NCBI GenBank assembly: GCA_022813865.1
Contig: JALDZX010000003.1
Span: 310,001-374,000, forward strand
Direction: 5' to 3'
DNA length: 64,000 nt
Source: Xylographa opegraphella
Taxonomy: Eukaryota
A program made the position numbers and the translations under genes. The notes below the pieces were generated by a model, which saw nothing but the letters and a program-made list of their open reading frames with translations, made no database searches and was not told where the DNA came from. This document shows, in pieces, positions 37,811 to 50,432 of this stretch (its first letter is position 1; each line of letters starts with the position of its first letter).

Positions 37811-39749
37811 ATGCCAGAACTACCCCAGAAACTTATAAGTTGGCTACAAGGAGTGCTTCACACAGTATGTCACGAACGAAGTACAATTTCCGCGTGTTAC
37901 TAAAGGGTTTGACAGCACGAGTACCGTGATGTCGACCGCGCGTTCTCCGATGTCACGGGGGCTCTGTCCCAAATTCCGACAATCAGCCCTCGAACGGATG
38001 TATACTGTAAGCGGTGTTCGACAGGCAGTGCCCTGTTTAATCCCTTGCTGACTGAATCGAAGCCTTTCACGATGGCCATTCCGCCCTCTTACTCCATCTC
38101 GTCGGCACAATTCCTGTTATCTTCCGAGGAGCGGCCTATTCGTTCCCCATATCGCTATGGATCCCACACACGTACCCGGTCGAAGGCCCGATAGCCTATG
38201 TCGTGCCCACGAACGATATGGCTGTCCGTCCGAGTCAATATGTTAGTGACGAAGGGAGGATATACCATCCATATCTTGCAGGCTGGCAACCAGAAGTAGG
38301 TACACTCGAGCTAGCTATAAGCGTCATACCAGGGAAGGACTTCACTTGCTGCATCTCCGAAGGACGGGACAGTCCTTGCACGAAGTTACAAGCTTGTTTT
38401 AAGTGTACTTGAGCTTAAATAGCTAATCAGCGGAGGTACAGCGTTTCCATCTTGTCGAGCTCGTACGGATCTTGCAGGATATTTTCTCGCGGGAGCCTCC
38501 TGTCAGATCAAAGCAGAGTCCACCAAGATTGCAGCCCCAAGCCAAAATCAACGGCGATGCGCCGCCTTTGCCACCTCTACCGCCAGAGCTCGGCGGCTCA
38601 AGCCCAAGGATTGACCAATCTCGATCATCGCTGTCGTCTAATCACCCCCCACCACCTCCGCCCAAACCTTTCCAGAGTCAAAACGGGGAGAGACTTACAG
38701 GGCAAGATGGCGCGCCACCACGACCGCCTAATCCGTACGGAGAGCCCGAACTTCATAGGACGAGATCGGACTACTATGCTGTTGGTCATTTTCAACCAAC
38801 TCAGTCCTTGCCCTCAACACAGTACAGGCCACAACGAGTCAACAGTTTACGAAACGATCATTATCCTTCGACAACCTCGGATAGGAACAAACCCCCATCA
38901 GGAACATATGAATCACAAGGCAGTTCCGCAAATGTCCAAAGAATGCCTGCCAGCGGCAGTAGTTTCCCACTGAATCAAATTCCACCAAATCAGCAGAGGC
39001 ACCACGGCCAACCGCCTCCGCCTCCGCCAGATCCTTCTCTCAGGATGTATGGTCGGCAAGGTCCGCCACCCCATAACCCGTATCAGTCCTCTAATCAAAG
39101 CTCTGGACCATCGACGTCAGGTGGACTCCGTGCTCAACCTTCACCAAAGCCTCCAGAAGATCTCCTTTCTTCGCCCCTTGATTTACCAATTCCCGCTCAA
39201 TCATCAGTGCCCAATTTCCCCGCTCCACCGATCCCTCGGAACCCCGAGAAAGATGCCCTTCTTGCTACCATCTCCCGGGCTCTCACCCAAAACCTACACT
39301 CCAACATTGCCACCAATGCTGCATACCTGCCGCCCCTTCGCGCCCAGCACTCGGCTCTCCAGTCAGCCCACCAACGGCTACTGCAGGAACAGCAGTCCCT
39401 CAACGAGCTCTCAGCCCTCCTAACCTCAAACGAAGCCATACTGCGCAAAGCAATGCACGACGCTGACGATTGCATCAAGAATGCAAAACACAGGACCGTG
39501 CCTGGCGTGGACGAGGTCCTTGTCGCTCCGACCGTGGTGGGCGAGCAGCTGTACAAGCTCGTAGCGGAGGAAAAGGCGTGTGTGGAGGTCAGAGGCTTGC
39601 TTGGTAGGGCGTTAGACAAGGGCAGAGTGGGCCCGGAGGACTGGGTGAAACGGGCGCGAGGACTGGGGCGGGAAGAGTTCCTGAACAAAGTGATGATCAA
39701 GAAATGCGCACAAGGGTTGGGTCTGAGGACAGAAGAAGAGTGGGATTGA
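37811..39749 (+). CDS. VPS23: ESCRT-I subunit Vps23/Stp22/TSG101
   Basis: UEV domain over several exons (MPELPQKLISWL, LSPRTDVY, LLLHL.GTIPVIFRG..YSFPISLWIP, EGRIYHPYL), Pro-rich linker, coiled coil and steadiness box (VDEVLVAPTVVGEQLY...ALDKG...RGLGREEF). Confidence 0.92.
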
Positions 39750-40474
39750 AGGGCTTTATGGGTTTTAGCGCATTCGGTACTGTGTGTGTGTGTGACACAC
39801 TATCTACCCTCTCTTGCCTTGGTAAGATGCGACGATGTGGCTCTATGTGTATATCCGAAAAGAAGACCGAAATTCATGTTCCCGTCTTTTCGAGTTTTTC
39901 GCTTATGGACCTTCACGTATATGCCTGCGGTGCGACGCTGGAAAGCGGCTGCGTGAGGCTATACCTCTGCTTGCCCCGTTGACGACCTTCATGGTGACGC
40001 TGATTATGCATCTGGGACTGACAATGACAGCATCCCCCATGCCATTAGGCGCCTACCTACCTTATACTTCTCCATTCCTGACTAGGCCGGATATAGTACC
40101 ATTCATGTTCTGCTGCGAGCCAGGTGCCAAGCCGCCCAGGAAACCGGGCAAAAAGAGCACGTCCTGGGAGAGTACGATTGTCTCGTACCTGAGACAGCAA
40201 GTATGGACAGGTGAACGGTTGAAAGTAGATCTCCACGCGATGAAACGGACGGAGAAGGGTTGAAGGAGCCTAGTTTGAAAATCGGGAGCATAGAGCTGGT
40301 CTGAGGACTCGACGACGAGTTTGGGCAGATCACCTCTAAGCCAGCGCAGCGACGGCGAAGCTCACGTGGGAAACAACCCTCACGTGCCAAGGACTCTTGG
40401 GGAATGCTGCTAACAACTATCCACTACCGTACTGCATTCCATCAATATCTTCTCCTCCACTCCACCATCCCCAC

Positions 40475-41032
40475 TCAATCACCCACTGCCCCCCAACTCC
40501 TCTTCCACCCCACCCACACCCTCCCCCAAAAACCCATCCCCTCCCTCCTCCCCTCTCCCCCACTCCCAAACAACTCACACATCGACCTATTCCTCCTCAC
40601 GGGCCCCTCTCCCAGACACGAAAACGCAAACTCGGCGTCATACGTATCGCTCTCGTTCCCCCCGATCGACGACATCATACCCATCAACGACGAGCACCCC
40701 TCCGCGCGATCAACCAGCCACGCAGGATTCCAGTCCGGGGGCGCCTCCTCGACCCCTTGCGTGCACTGCAGCCGTGCCGTCAGGTGTAGCAGCCGTGGCC
40801 GCATGCCGTAGCGGACGCTCTGCTCGTTGAGGCAGGTGCAGTTGCCGCGCGGCGATGACCATAAGCGGGGAGAGGGGGGAGGGGGGAGCGCATGTGTCGT
40901 GTCTGAGGCCGGGTTGGAGGCGTGCGTGGCGGGGAGGAGGGGCTGTTGCGCTGTGGGCAGGGCGGTGGTGCGGTGCGATATGAGGAGGAGGAGGGCGGCG
41001 GCGGAGAGGCGGAACGCAAGGGAGATCTGCAT
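40475..41032 (-). CDS. Small secreted cysteine-containing protein (185 aa)
   Basis: ATG 41032 followed by signal peptide MQISLAFRLSAAALLLLISHRTTA-LP; six Cys; TATAATAAA about 75 nt upstream; no recognised domain. Confidence 0.6.
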   Translation of the reverse strand: MQISLAFRLSAAALLLLISHRTTALPTAQQPLLPATHASNPASDTTHALPPPPSPRLWSSPRGNCTCLNEQSVRYGMRPRLLHLTARLQCTQGVEEAPPDWNPAWLVDRAEGCSSLMGMMSSIGGNESDTYDAEFAFSCLGEGPVRRNRSMCELFGSGGEGRREGMGFWGRVWVGWKRSWGAVGD

Positions 41033-41859
41033 CACGAGGGGATCTGCACTGGGGGCTGAGAAGGTCGTTGACCGATCGGGCACTTGGACGGGGAGGGGGA
41101 GTGCTTTATTATACACCGCTGGGTGAGGAGCAGCGCTGAGGAATGAGGAGCATCGCAGACGGGGTCTGTGCATACCGAGCCTGCGCTGAGCTATGCGCGT
41201 GGCTGGACAGCTCGCGTAGGCCTTGTTGGTCCGGATGTCGGGAGGGGGGGGGAAGATTAAGCGCACGATGGGGAGCTCATGCTGAGTTTAGGGGACTGGC
41301 GGGGTGGGGTTTCGGGTGGCGAGAGCAGTGCCGATGAGAGGGTGCAGTGCCGACGAGAAAGAGCAGGGTGCATGGCGGTGCGCGAATTGACGATTACCGC
41401 ATCTGGGATGGATATCTTGAGCACTCATGGAGTCAGCGCTGTTGCTGTGACCTCGATACCGTCAGCACGGGCCTGGCTAACCGTCACATCTTGAAGGGAG
41501 TTTGTACCACGGGGTTGTTTTCATCAGGTGTCAAGCTGAGTAGCGCATGGTGCACGACTGAGCAGAAGTGGCTGCAAATTGACTGTCATCTGTAGCACTG
41601 ATCATGTCAACGGCAAGACAGGATATTGTGATATCATTGAAGGATGTGTATTAGTTTAATACATTAGCAATATTGGTTAACTGATCATCATAATGTGGCT
41701 GTACCACAACGCCCTGCCTCCTCTGAGAACTGTATCCCACTTCCCCCAAAATAGATAGAAGTGGAATGCGTAAATTTTGATACACGTCTTATCCCTCCAT
41801 CGCTTGAATTTGCCAAGACAAGGGGTAGATTCTAGCGTGCTGTGTATGTATGGTGTCCA

Positions 41860-42994
41860 CTAGCCTGTGCTTGGACATATGAAGGCGTCCGTGGAGCCGA
41901 ATAGGGCTTGGTCGTCGAAATATACGTCGTTGTATTGCACATTCACACACTTCATTCCGCCAGTGGGTCCGACGTGAGGACAGTGGACCTGAGAAGACGA
42001 GTCTTAACGAATGCTCCTGATGGAAGAAAGGATGAATGGAATTCACTCACATCTGGGCGTAGCTTGGCCAACAATATATGCAGCATTCGGCAGACTACGT
42101 TGTCCCCCCAAACCTCGTCCCATTCACCAAATGGCTTCGCGGACAGCGTACTGACACATTCTGCCTCGCTGGTGTATTGCGTGTTGTTTCCAGTACACAG
42201 CGCTTCAGCTTCAGTACACAATGCTTGGATGACCGCCGAATCGTAAGCAGGATTGGGTGCGGTGCCGTATAGCAAAGTAGTGTAGGAGTTGAGATTCGAG
42301 AACCAGGCGTCGTAGTAAAGTACCGCGCCTTGGTCATCAAACTTCCAGAATGCAATCTGTGGGGAAGATTCAGTCAACACGATGTAACATAGAGCAGCGG
42401 GGTCAAAGATCATCATACCTGCTTGATAGTCGATATGTATTTGCCGTATGTTTCCGGAACATCGGGATTCACCCCGGTAGTAGTACCGTATACCACTGAG
42501 CTTGCGACCTCGGGACAGCCTGACGTGTAAGACACGATCTTGGCGCTGGTCCATGTGTCCCATACTGGAGCCTGAGGGGGTGGAGTAAGTCCGAAAAAGT
42601 ATTCGACAGAGTCCTCGAAGCCAGTAAAGTTGCCTATGGGTGTAATGCGGCCAGAAGCGTTCTCGTTAAAGAGTCCCGATGGGATTGCACTGGAGCCATT
42701 GGCAATGAACGCCTGGTTGTTGGGATATGTGCTCATGTTGTAGATCTTTTGAATGGTGTTGAGATTGCGGTCTTGGACATTCAAATGAGTAGGAAGACCA
42801 GACGGAGCTTGAGTTGGGACTTCAGTCGGCGCTCCAGGCGGAGCATGAGGCTGAAAGCTGGTTGAAGAGTGAGCAGGGTAACTCGAAGTAGAACGAGTGG
42901 ATGAAAGTGTGGGGGATTGATATGTGGAGTTTTCGCAACATTGGCCAAATGAGAGCTGGAGCAGAAGGCCAAGGAGAAAGAGTTTAAAGCCCAT
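41860..42994 (-). CDS. Conserved uncharacterised secreted Cys-rich fungal protein
   Basis: Signal peptide MGFKLFLLGLLLQLSFG; three exons with GRITPIGNFTGFEDSVEYFFGL, SGCPEVASSVVY, AFWKFDDQGAVLYYDAW, WGDNVVCR, RPD|VHCPHVGPTGGMKC; TAG at 41862-41860. Confidence 0.82.
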
Positions 42995-43905
42995 ACTGGT
43001 GGGTCGTGATGGAAGGAGACAAGAAGAAGGAGTGTTCAGGCCGGACTTCAAGGTAGGTGATGCCCCGATGAAAGGGGAGACGTGACCAAGTGAATAGGCA
43101 AAAGAAAACAGTGAACCTGAGCTCGAGCAGTTCAGGGAATGAATCACAGTCGTGCACAATGAGTGTTGTACTCGGCAGAAGCCACGAATGACGGTCATCA
43201 CACATAGGTTAAACATGACTGGATTGGGCCACCATGACTTAATAGTCAAGGCTATGTGAGAACCTCCACTGTACATAAAATTCCAGAAACTCGGTACGAG
43301 GTTTCAAGACCTCGGTGTTCCATTTCCGCATTGGAGGAGTGAATGCCAGTGCTGGGCCCTTCACATGGAGATCGATCAGCATAGCGTCGTTGTCGTGTTG
43401 CACCTTGAGCCAATCCAGTTCTCTTCGCACATGTTGGTCCTTATCAGCCTTCTCATGCCTTGTGCCAGAAACGCCAAAGTTAGCTTCTAGAAGTCTAGAA
43501 GACCAGTTCGTGCGCCTTCGTGTGGCATTATGAAACAGGAGCAAGCCAGAGCTGCTCCGAAGTGGCACAATAGCCTTAGCATCGCGCTGTCATGGCCGAG
43601 GATGTATTAGTGCATTGGAGAAAGAGATCCGGCGACCAGAGAAGTGATTATTGTAAAGCTGGCAAGCCCGTGCTCGTGCCTGGAGTAAGGTAGTGCTCTG
43701 GAGGCCTGCTGCATAACTGAGGTGAAGTGGTCGGAGATTGAAGCGGGATAAGCCTGATTTGATTGGCAGAGAGGCGGGGCTACGAAAATACGGTAGAAAG
43801 CGCACTCTAGCTCCGACTGGACCTGAAAATGTTGTGGAGTTTTGTGTGCTGCATGTACGAAAGCACGCCACGAATTGTCGTCGAGACTGCCCAAGCGACC
43901 TTACG

Positions 43906-46900
43906 ATGCCGTCCGCCTTGATCGTAAGGGAGGAGGGGCCAATGCTGAAGCGACGCAAGTTGAGTATTGCTGAAAAGCCAGTACCATGTCGCCCGTCAAG
44001 AATATTTGCGCCGTATAGGGTATGTGGGAAGAAATCAGGCAAATTTAGAAGCTCTTATAGTAATATGATCGCAACTATAGACTTTAGGTCTCGTATCCTC
44101 GACAGACGTACCATTCACCTCCATTCCTTTGGGTAAAACCACCTTCCAAATCACCACTTCGGTGGGACGATGTCTGCACACTTATGACCTTCGGAAAGGG
44201 TTGAACCTTACGTTCATCACAAGACCACAGACACCTAGAGATATCACCGCTACATTTGCATGGAAAGATCGGGTTTTTGCAGCATGGGGTGGCTCTCCTG
44301 CAGAGGGGGAGAGAGGCGTCTGGGTTTTCAAAAGAGGGAAGCGGATAGCAGAACTCGAAGGAACGGCAGGAATGGTTGAGCCAGTCCGGCAACTTCTCAT
44401 CTTTGGCTCGTGGATCGTGGGCTGCTGCTCTACAAAACTACAGGTCTGGAAGTCGGCAACATATGAGCACTATACTACAATTACATCTTCGCATTCGAGG
44501 GCCGGGCAAGTGTCACAAACTCTTTCTGGTGTGCTGTGCAGTATGCCAACCATGTTAAACAAGGTTCTGGTGGGGAAGCAAGATGGTAGTATAGAGATCT
44601 GGAATCTGAATACAGGGTATGACATTGGAACGAAAGGGCATCAATTCATGCTAAGATGCAACCTTATAGTAAACTGATATACACCATAACACCTCCTAAA
44701 TTGCACACCGGGGCGGTTACGGCATTGCAGCCAACCCCGGCTCTCAATTTACTTGCCATTGCACGAGCAGACGGCTCAATCATCATTCACGATATTCGCG
44801 TGGATAAAGAGATCATAGTTCTTAATCAAAGTTCTTCAACCAGTACCGTTATCACCTCTATTTCTTTCCGCACAGATGACCGTGGGGCTGGTGAAGATGG
44901 CAGGAAGCCAGGCGTTATGGCTACAGCAGGTCCTGAAGATGGAGATGTCACTTTATGGGACCTGAACGGAGGTGGTCGTGTAATGGGCATCCTGCGTAAT
45001 GCTCACAATCCTGCATCCACCGTTCGAGGTGATGTTTCGGGTGGTATCAGCCGTGCTGAATTTCTTTCTGGTCAGCCTCTCCTCGTAACAAGTGGTCGAG
45101 ATAATGCATTGAAATCTTGGATATTTGATGAAACACCATTTTCGCCGGTTCCAAGAATACTGCATAGCCGTTGCGGACATGCAGCACCAGTCACTCGATT
45201 GGAATTTCTGCCCACAGATACAGATGGGTCCGAAGCTATCGGGAAATGGCTTCTGAGCGCAGGACGTGACCAAAGCCTTTGGGGGTGGAGTCTGCGTCGA
45301 GATGGCCAGAGTACGGAGATCAGTCAAGGTAATATTCGCAAAACGGCTAAGAAGCTGGGGATGCTTGGTAAAGGACTCGACTTGGACAGCAGGGCTTCTC
45401 TGGAAGATTTGAAAGCACCCGAAATCACTTGCATGGCTTGCTCACTTAATCGAGACGGAGGCATGGGTGCCTCAACCGGCGGCGGCCCGGTTTGGGCGAA
45501 TCTGGCAACCAAGAAGGCCAATGCGAAAACTTCTGACGAGCCTGCAACGGGCTGGGAGAGTATTGTCACTGGTCACAAGGGGGACAAGTTCGCAAGAACG
45601 TGGTTTTGGGGCAGAAAGAAGGCTGGCAGATGGGCTTTCGAAACAGGAGATGGCACAGCAGTCAAGGTAATTACGCGAAAATATGAAATCAACGTTGATT
45701 AAGATACTGATTCGGTTCATAGAGCGTGGCCATCACCCCTTGCGGCACTTTCGCTCTTGTTGGCTCCGCCGGCGGTAGCATCGACATGTTCAACTTGCAG
45801 TCCAGCATCCACCGTCAGAAGTTTCCATCTCCCCTGACTCCGGCTCAAGCGAGAAAGCAGAAAATCCGAGAAGCAAATCTCACCATTACGGACGAGATGG
45901 CCATTGCGGCGCAACGCAGTTTCAACCCCGGCGAAGGCAAACACACCAAAGATGTTACTGGCATCGTCGTCGACAGCCTCAACCGTACAGTCATCAGCTG
46001 CAGCTTAGACGGCAAGATCAAATTCTGGGATTTCCTCACCGGCGTCCTCCGCCACGAAATCGATTGGCACCCCATGACAGCGATCACGGCCGTCCAATAC
46101 CACCGCCCCAGCGACCTCATCGCCCTCGCCTGCGACGACCTCTCCATCCGCGTCGTCGACATCGAAACCCGGAAGCTGGTCCGCGAGCTCTGGGGCTGCA
46201 TCGGCCAGATCAGCGACTTCTGCTTCTCGCCCGACGGGCGCTGGATCGTCGCCGCATCCATGGATGCCGTTATTCGCGTCTGGGACCTCCCCACCGGCCA
46301 CCTCATCAACGCCACGCGCCTCGACGGCACCTGTACTTCGCTCGCCTTTTCCCCGACCGGCGAGTTCCTCGCCACCGCCCACGCCGACAGCGTCGGCATC
46401 AGCATCTGGACCAACCGCACGCTGTTCACACACGTCCCCTCGCGACACATCGGCGACAGTGACGTCCTCCTCGCCGACCTGCCCACCGCCTCGGGCGAAG
46501 GAGGCGAAGGGCTCCTCGCCGCCGCGTTCGATGACGACCCTTCCGCCACCGACAACGACGACAACAGCGACGACACCGTCCCCGCCCAAACGGAGCAGCT
46601 CACCGCCGCCCTCACAACGCTCAGCCTCGTGCCCCGCTCCCGCTGGCAGACCCTCCTGCACCTCGACACGATCGCCACGCGCAACAAGCCCACTGCGCCA
46701 CCCAAGGCGCCCGAGAAAGCACCCTTCTTCCTCCCCTCCCTCGAAGGCCCCAAACCCACCACCCTCCCCACCATCCCCACCCCCACACCCCCCACCCCCC
46801 CATCCCGCATCCTCGCCCACCGCCCCCCCGCCCCTTCCCCCACCACCACCCTCCTCGCCGCCGCCGCCCGCTCCGCGGACTACACCCCCCTCCTCACCCA

Positions 46901-47210
46901 CCTCGCGAGCCTCCCGCCTGCGGCCGCGGACGTCGAGATCCGCAGCCTAGACCACCGCGCGCAGCCGAGCGAGCTGCGCATTTTCGTGCAAGCGCTGACG
47001 GCGCGGCTGCGCCAGCGCAGGGACTATGAGCTCGTGCATGCGTGGATGGCGGTTTTCTTGAGGGTTCATGGGGCTGCTGTGGGCGCGGATGAAGGGTTGG
47101 TGGAGGAGTTGCGCGGGTGGAGGGATGAGGCGGAGGGGGAGGGGAGGAGGTTGGGGGCGTTGGGGGGGTATTGTGCTGGTGTGGTGGGGTGGGTGAGGAG
47201 TGGGCGGTAG
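43906..47210 (+). CDS. UTP21: U3 snoRNP-associated WD40 protein Utp21
   Basis: SRIFAPYR, TFQITTSVG, SGRDNALKSWIFD, WESIVTGH, CGTFALVG, RELWGC, DFCFSPDGRW, PEKAPFFLP, DYELVHAWM; three introns. Confidence 0.95.
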
Positions 47211-47606
47211 GAAAAAGGAGGCGGAGGTGGGGTGAGGGGTTGAGTGAACAGGCCTGGATACAGGTTTAAGCATTGTGTATCGAATACCGATCGGACTCAT
47301 AAGATGAGACGGAGGAGGTGCTAATATGGAGAGCAGAAACAGGGTATTGCACCTGCAGATATTACTCTTGGTATATACGATACCCAAACAATTAGCTATT
47401 CCACCACAGCCACCGCCCTCTTTTTCAGGCCCAAAAATGCATATCAATGGCCGTTGTGATAGTATATCCAACGAACGGCCCGCTATCCTCCCAAGATGCT
47501 GAACGCCGTACGCTAACATTGCAAGATTTCCTTTCCGCGCCGCCACGCAGAAATGCAACTCAATATGGACAGAAATTGAAGGATATGAACAGATGGTTCT
47601 TGGCCG

Positions 47607-49142
47607 TTACCAGTGACACAGCCCACCCTCGCTGTCGTCCATCGCCCATGTGCCCGCGAGGCCCACAACCTCGCTCTCCCCGTCAGCGTGCTCGCCCATC
47701 TTGCCCAGTGCTGCGAAGTTGGAACCTCCCTCCGCCGGGCCGTTGCTGAGGAGCCTGCGGGCCCAAGCATCGATAGCCGGTTCGCCGGTCTCGTCCCTCG
47801 CTTGTTTCAGGAAGGGGATGAGCGCGGTACCGCCGGTTCCTCGCAGCTTTTTGTTGCCGGGACGGTTATCGTTCGATGAGCTTTTGCTCGCGGTTGCGAT
47901 GTTCATCCGTTGCGGCGCATGCTGCGGAGAGATGGAACGGGAGTGGGATCGCGACTCGCGCGACTTGACGATGATGTAGCGGGACACCATCTGGATGTGC
48001 TTGTCGCGCAGCGAGCGGAGCATCGCCAGGCAGGCGTCGTAGGCGATACTGAGCGAGCGGTTGGAGCGGTGCGATTCGACGTAGTCGCGGATGTTCGCGA
48101 CGTGGGAAACGTGCTCCAAGAAACGGCGATGCGGGCCGGGCATATAAGAGCGCATGTCTTGGATGAAGTTGTGCCGCGAGGGGGGAGCGGTGCCTTCCGC
48201 CTCGCTTTCTGAGCTGTCGTTGCGCTTCGGCTTCTCGCCGGTGGGGCGGTGCTCGACACCGAGCACGATGTCGAAGAATTGGATGAGGGAGCTTTGAGCA
48301 TTGCTACCACCGCCGTATTGCTTGTATTCCTCCTTTCCGCTTCCATCCTCGTATATCACGCCGTTTGGGAGACCGGCATCGGCCATGTTCTTGCTTCCAG
48401 CAAGGAATGGTCGAATACGATGGTAAAAGACGTGGGCGTCGCAGTTGTCGTACATTCGTGTGAGAAGCGTGCCAATCTCGTCTAGCCGCTCGGCCATGGT
48501 GTGTAAACACTCTGTAACGGTCCTGCTGTCCTTGATTCTTGCTGCTGCCATTGCCTTTAGCATGAGCGGTATCATGGGTGCACCCCGCGCTTCGATAGCT
48601 ACAGAGACCAGGTAGAACCATGACTCATCCAACGATCCTGTGAATGTCGAGAGCGTGGCGAGATTTTCGAGTACGAGTGGCTCGTCATTAAAGATCGGCT
48701 TAAAATTCCACAGACATACCCCGGCATAAGTAGCCACGGGTGGGAGGCCAAGGTGTTCGCAGATTTGTAGGAAAGGAATGGATATAGGTGGAGGAACTCG
48801 CTGCACAATACATTAGTGTGTTCATTGCGATCCCAGTAGGGTTCGACATACCTCTTCTGGTCTGTCGCCCCCCCAAATATAACCGTTTGTCATAAACGCC
48901 ATAAGGACATAGGCTCTCCGCCACTCAGCCGGAGTGTGCAACCGAGACGTAGACAGAACAGGCAGTCGATTGACCACCTCGCGTAATCGCTTGCTTAGGA
49001 TGAAAGGTTGCAGGTTTGCCACGACAGCCTCCCATCTATTGTAATATGGGTCTGGTAGCATCTCCAGCGGAAGCTCTGATGGCAAGAAGCCATACTCGGG
49101 GGAGATCTCATAGTCATCCAAAGACGGAATGGTTGGAATCAT
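47607..49142 (-). CDS. Indoleamine 2,3-dioxygenase (Bna2-like)
   Basis: YGFLP, WRRAY, LGLPPVATYA, FTGSLDESWFYL, FYHRIRPFLAG, GGSNAQSS, MRSYMPGPHRRFL, RDKH (heme His), GTGGT; one intron ~48803-48852. Confidence 0.95.
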
Positions 49143-50432
49143 AATCTTGTGATATTGGACAAGACGATAACCGATGTGTAGAATAGGTTGACACACTATG
49201 GTGGGGGCACCGAAGTTTGCTTTGTACGATAGTCAATTGAATTTTTGATGAATGACGACTAGGAGAGGCAGCTAGACAGAGAAAGGACCAGGAAGAGACG
49301 ACACGGAGATTAAGAAAAGTAGAATCGCAGGTATGGTGAGAAATAGGAAGAAATAGGAAGAATGCGACGTTATCGGAATAGTATCGGTTAAGACGTAGGG
49401 AACGAGCACACGACACAGCCTTAATTAAAAATGGTATATAAGCATGATGAGCAAGCAATGCGAGAAATAGCTAGATGGCAGTTACCGCATGCACGGGCGC
49501 ATATCCGAGGAGCGGCCAGAGCCTCCGCGAGCCCCTACCATCACGTTGAGAATCTGGCCCAGCTGGATGATGGACGGGGGGGAAGACGGTCTATGAATCA
49601 TGGCGTGTGGGGACACTTTTTTGGCAGCGAAAAATGCGTGTGTGAGATCCAGAGGGAGAATGGCGGTCCGCCCGACATCGGCCCTATATCCTAAGGCGGG
49701 CTCCGGATAAAGAAGCACGCCAGAGAAGAGAAGAATGTATGAGTGTGCTTGGCTCTCGGGATGCTATGCACTGTAAGCTCGAGAAAACCTTCACGGTAAG
49801 GTAGGAAGTAGTAGGAGTCTACTTACCTTACCTTGCCGTAGGTGCCTGGACAACAGCTCTGGACGGGAGCACACGATGCAAGTCGAAGTCTGATGTTTCT
49901 CTGTCTGGCGAAGGGGTTTGCGCCTCGTATAAATGTCCCTCCTGATGTATCTACAATAGTCCAGCCGATGACGCCATTTCTACTTTCTTATTGTTTCCTT
50001 TCCCGCTATCGAGAAGAGGCTAGCGGCCCATCATCGGACTAAGCCACTTTAGCGAGAGCCAACTTCATAAATTCTCCTCGTCCAGTCTCTCGCCCCACGT
50101 GAGAGTGGACGTCGTTGCTTGTCAAATCATTTGAGCACGATGTTGGCCTGGCCAAGATGTCCGTCCGGCAGCTCTTCACCACATCGACTGCAGTGCAACG
50201 GCACAACTGACCGTTTCGAGCCGTCTTTGCTTCCAACTGCCTCTTCTCGATAAGAGCTTAATCTCTAGTCTTGCCTCCCACCCTGGCAAGCTCAAGCTCA
50301 GGTTGCCCCCCCACATTGGTGTAATCGTGCATGCGGTGCCTGACTTAAGGCCATGCGTTGCCCAAATCCTAGCTGTGCCTGGGCGCTCCGAAGAACAGTC
50401 TCCGTTGTCTCTTGAGCTTACAGCCATTGGAA

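Noticed and set aside
45845..46950. Antisense and alternate-frame ORFs of 228-334 aa within UTP21
   Set aside because: Shadow ORFs expected from extreme GC3; the same applies to those over AYR1, IDO and the WSC gene.
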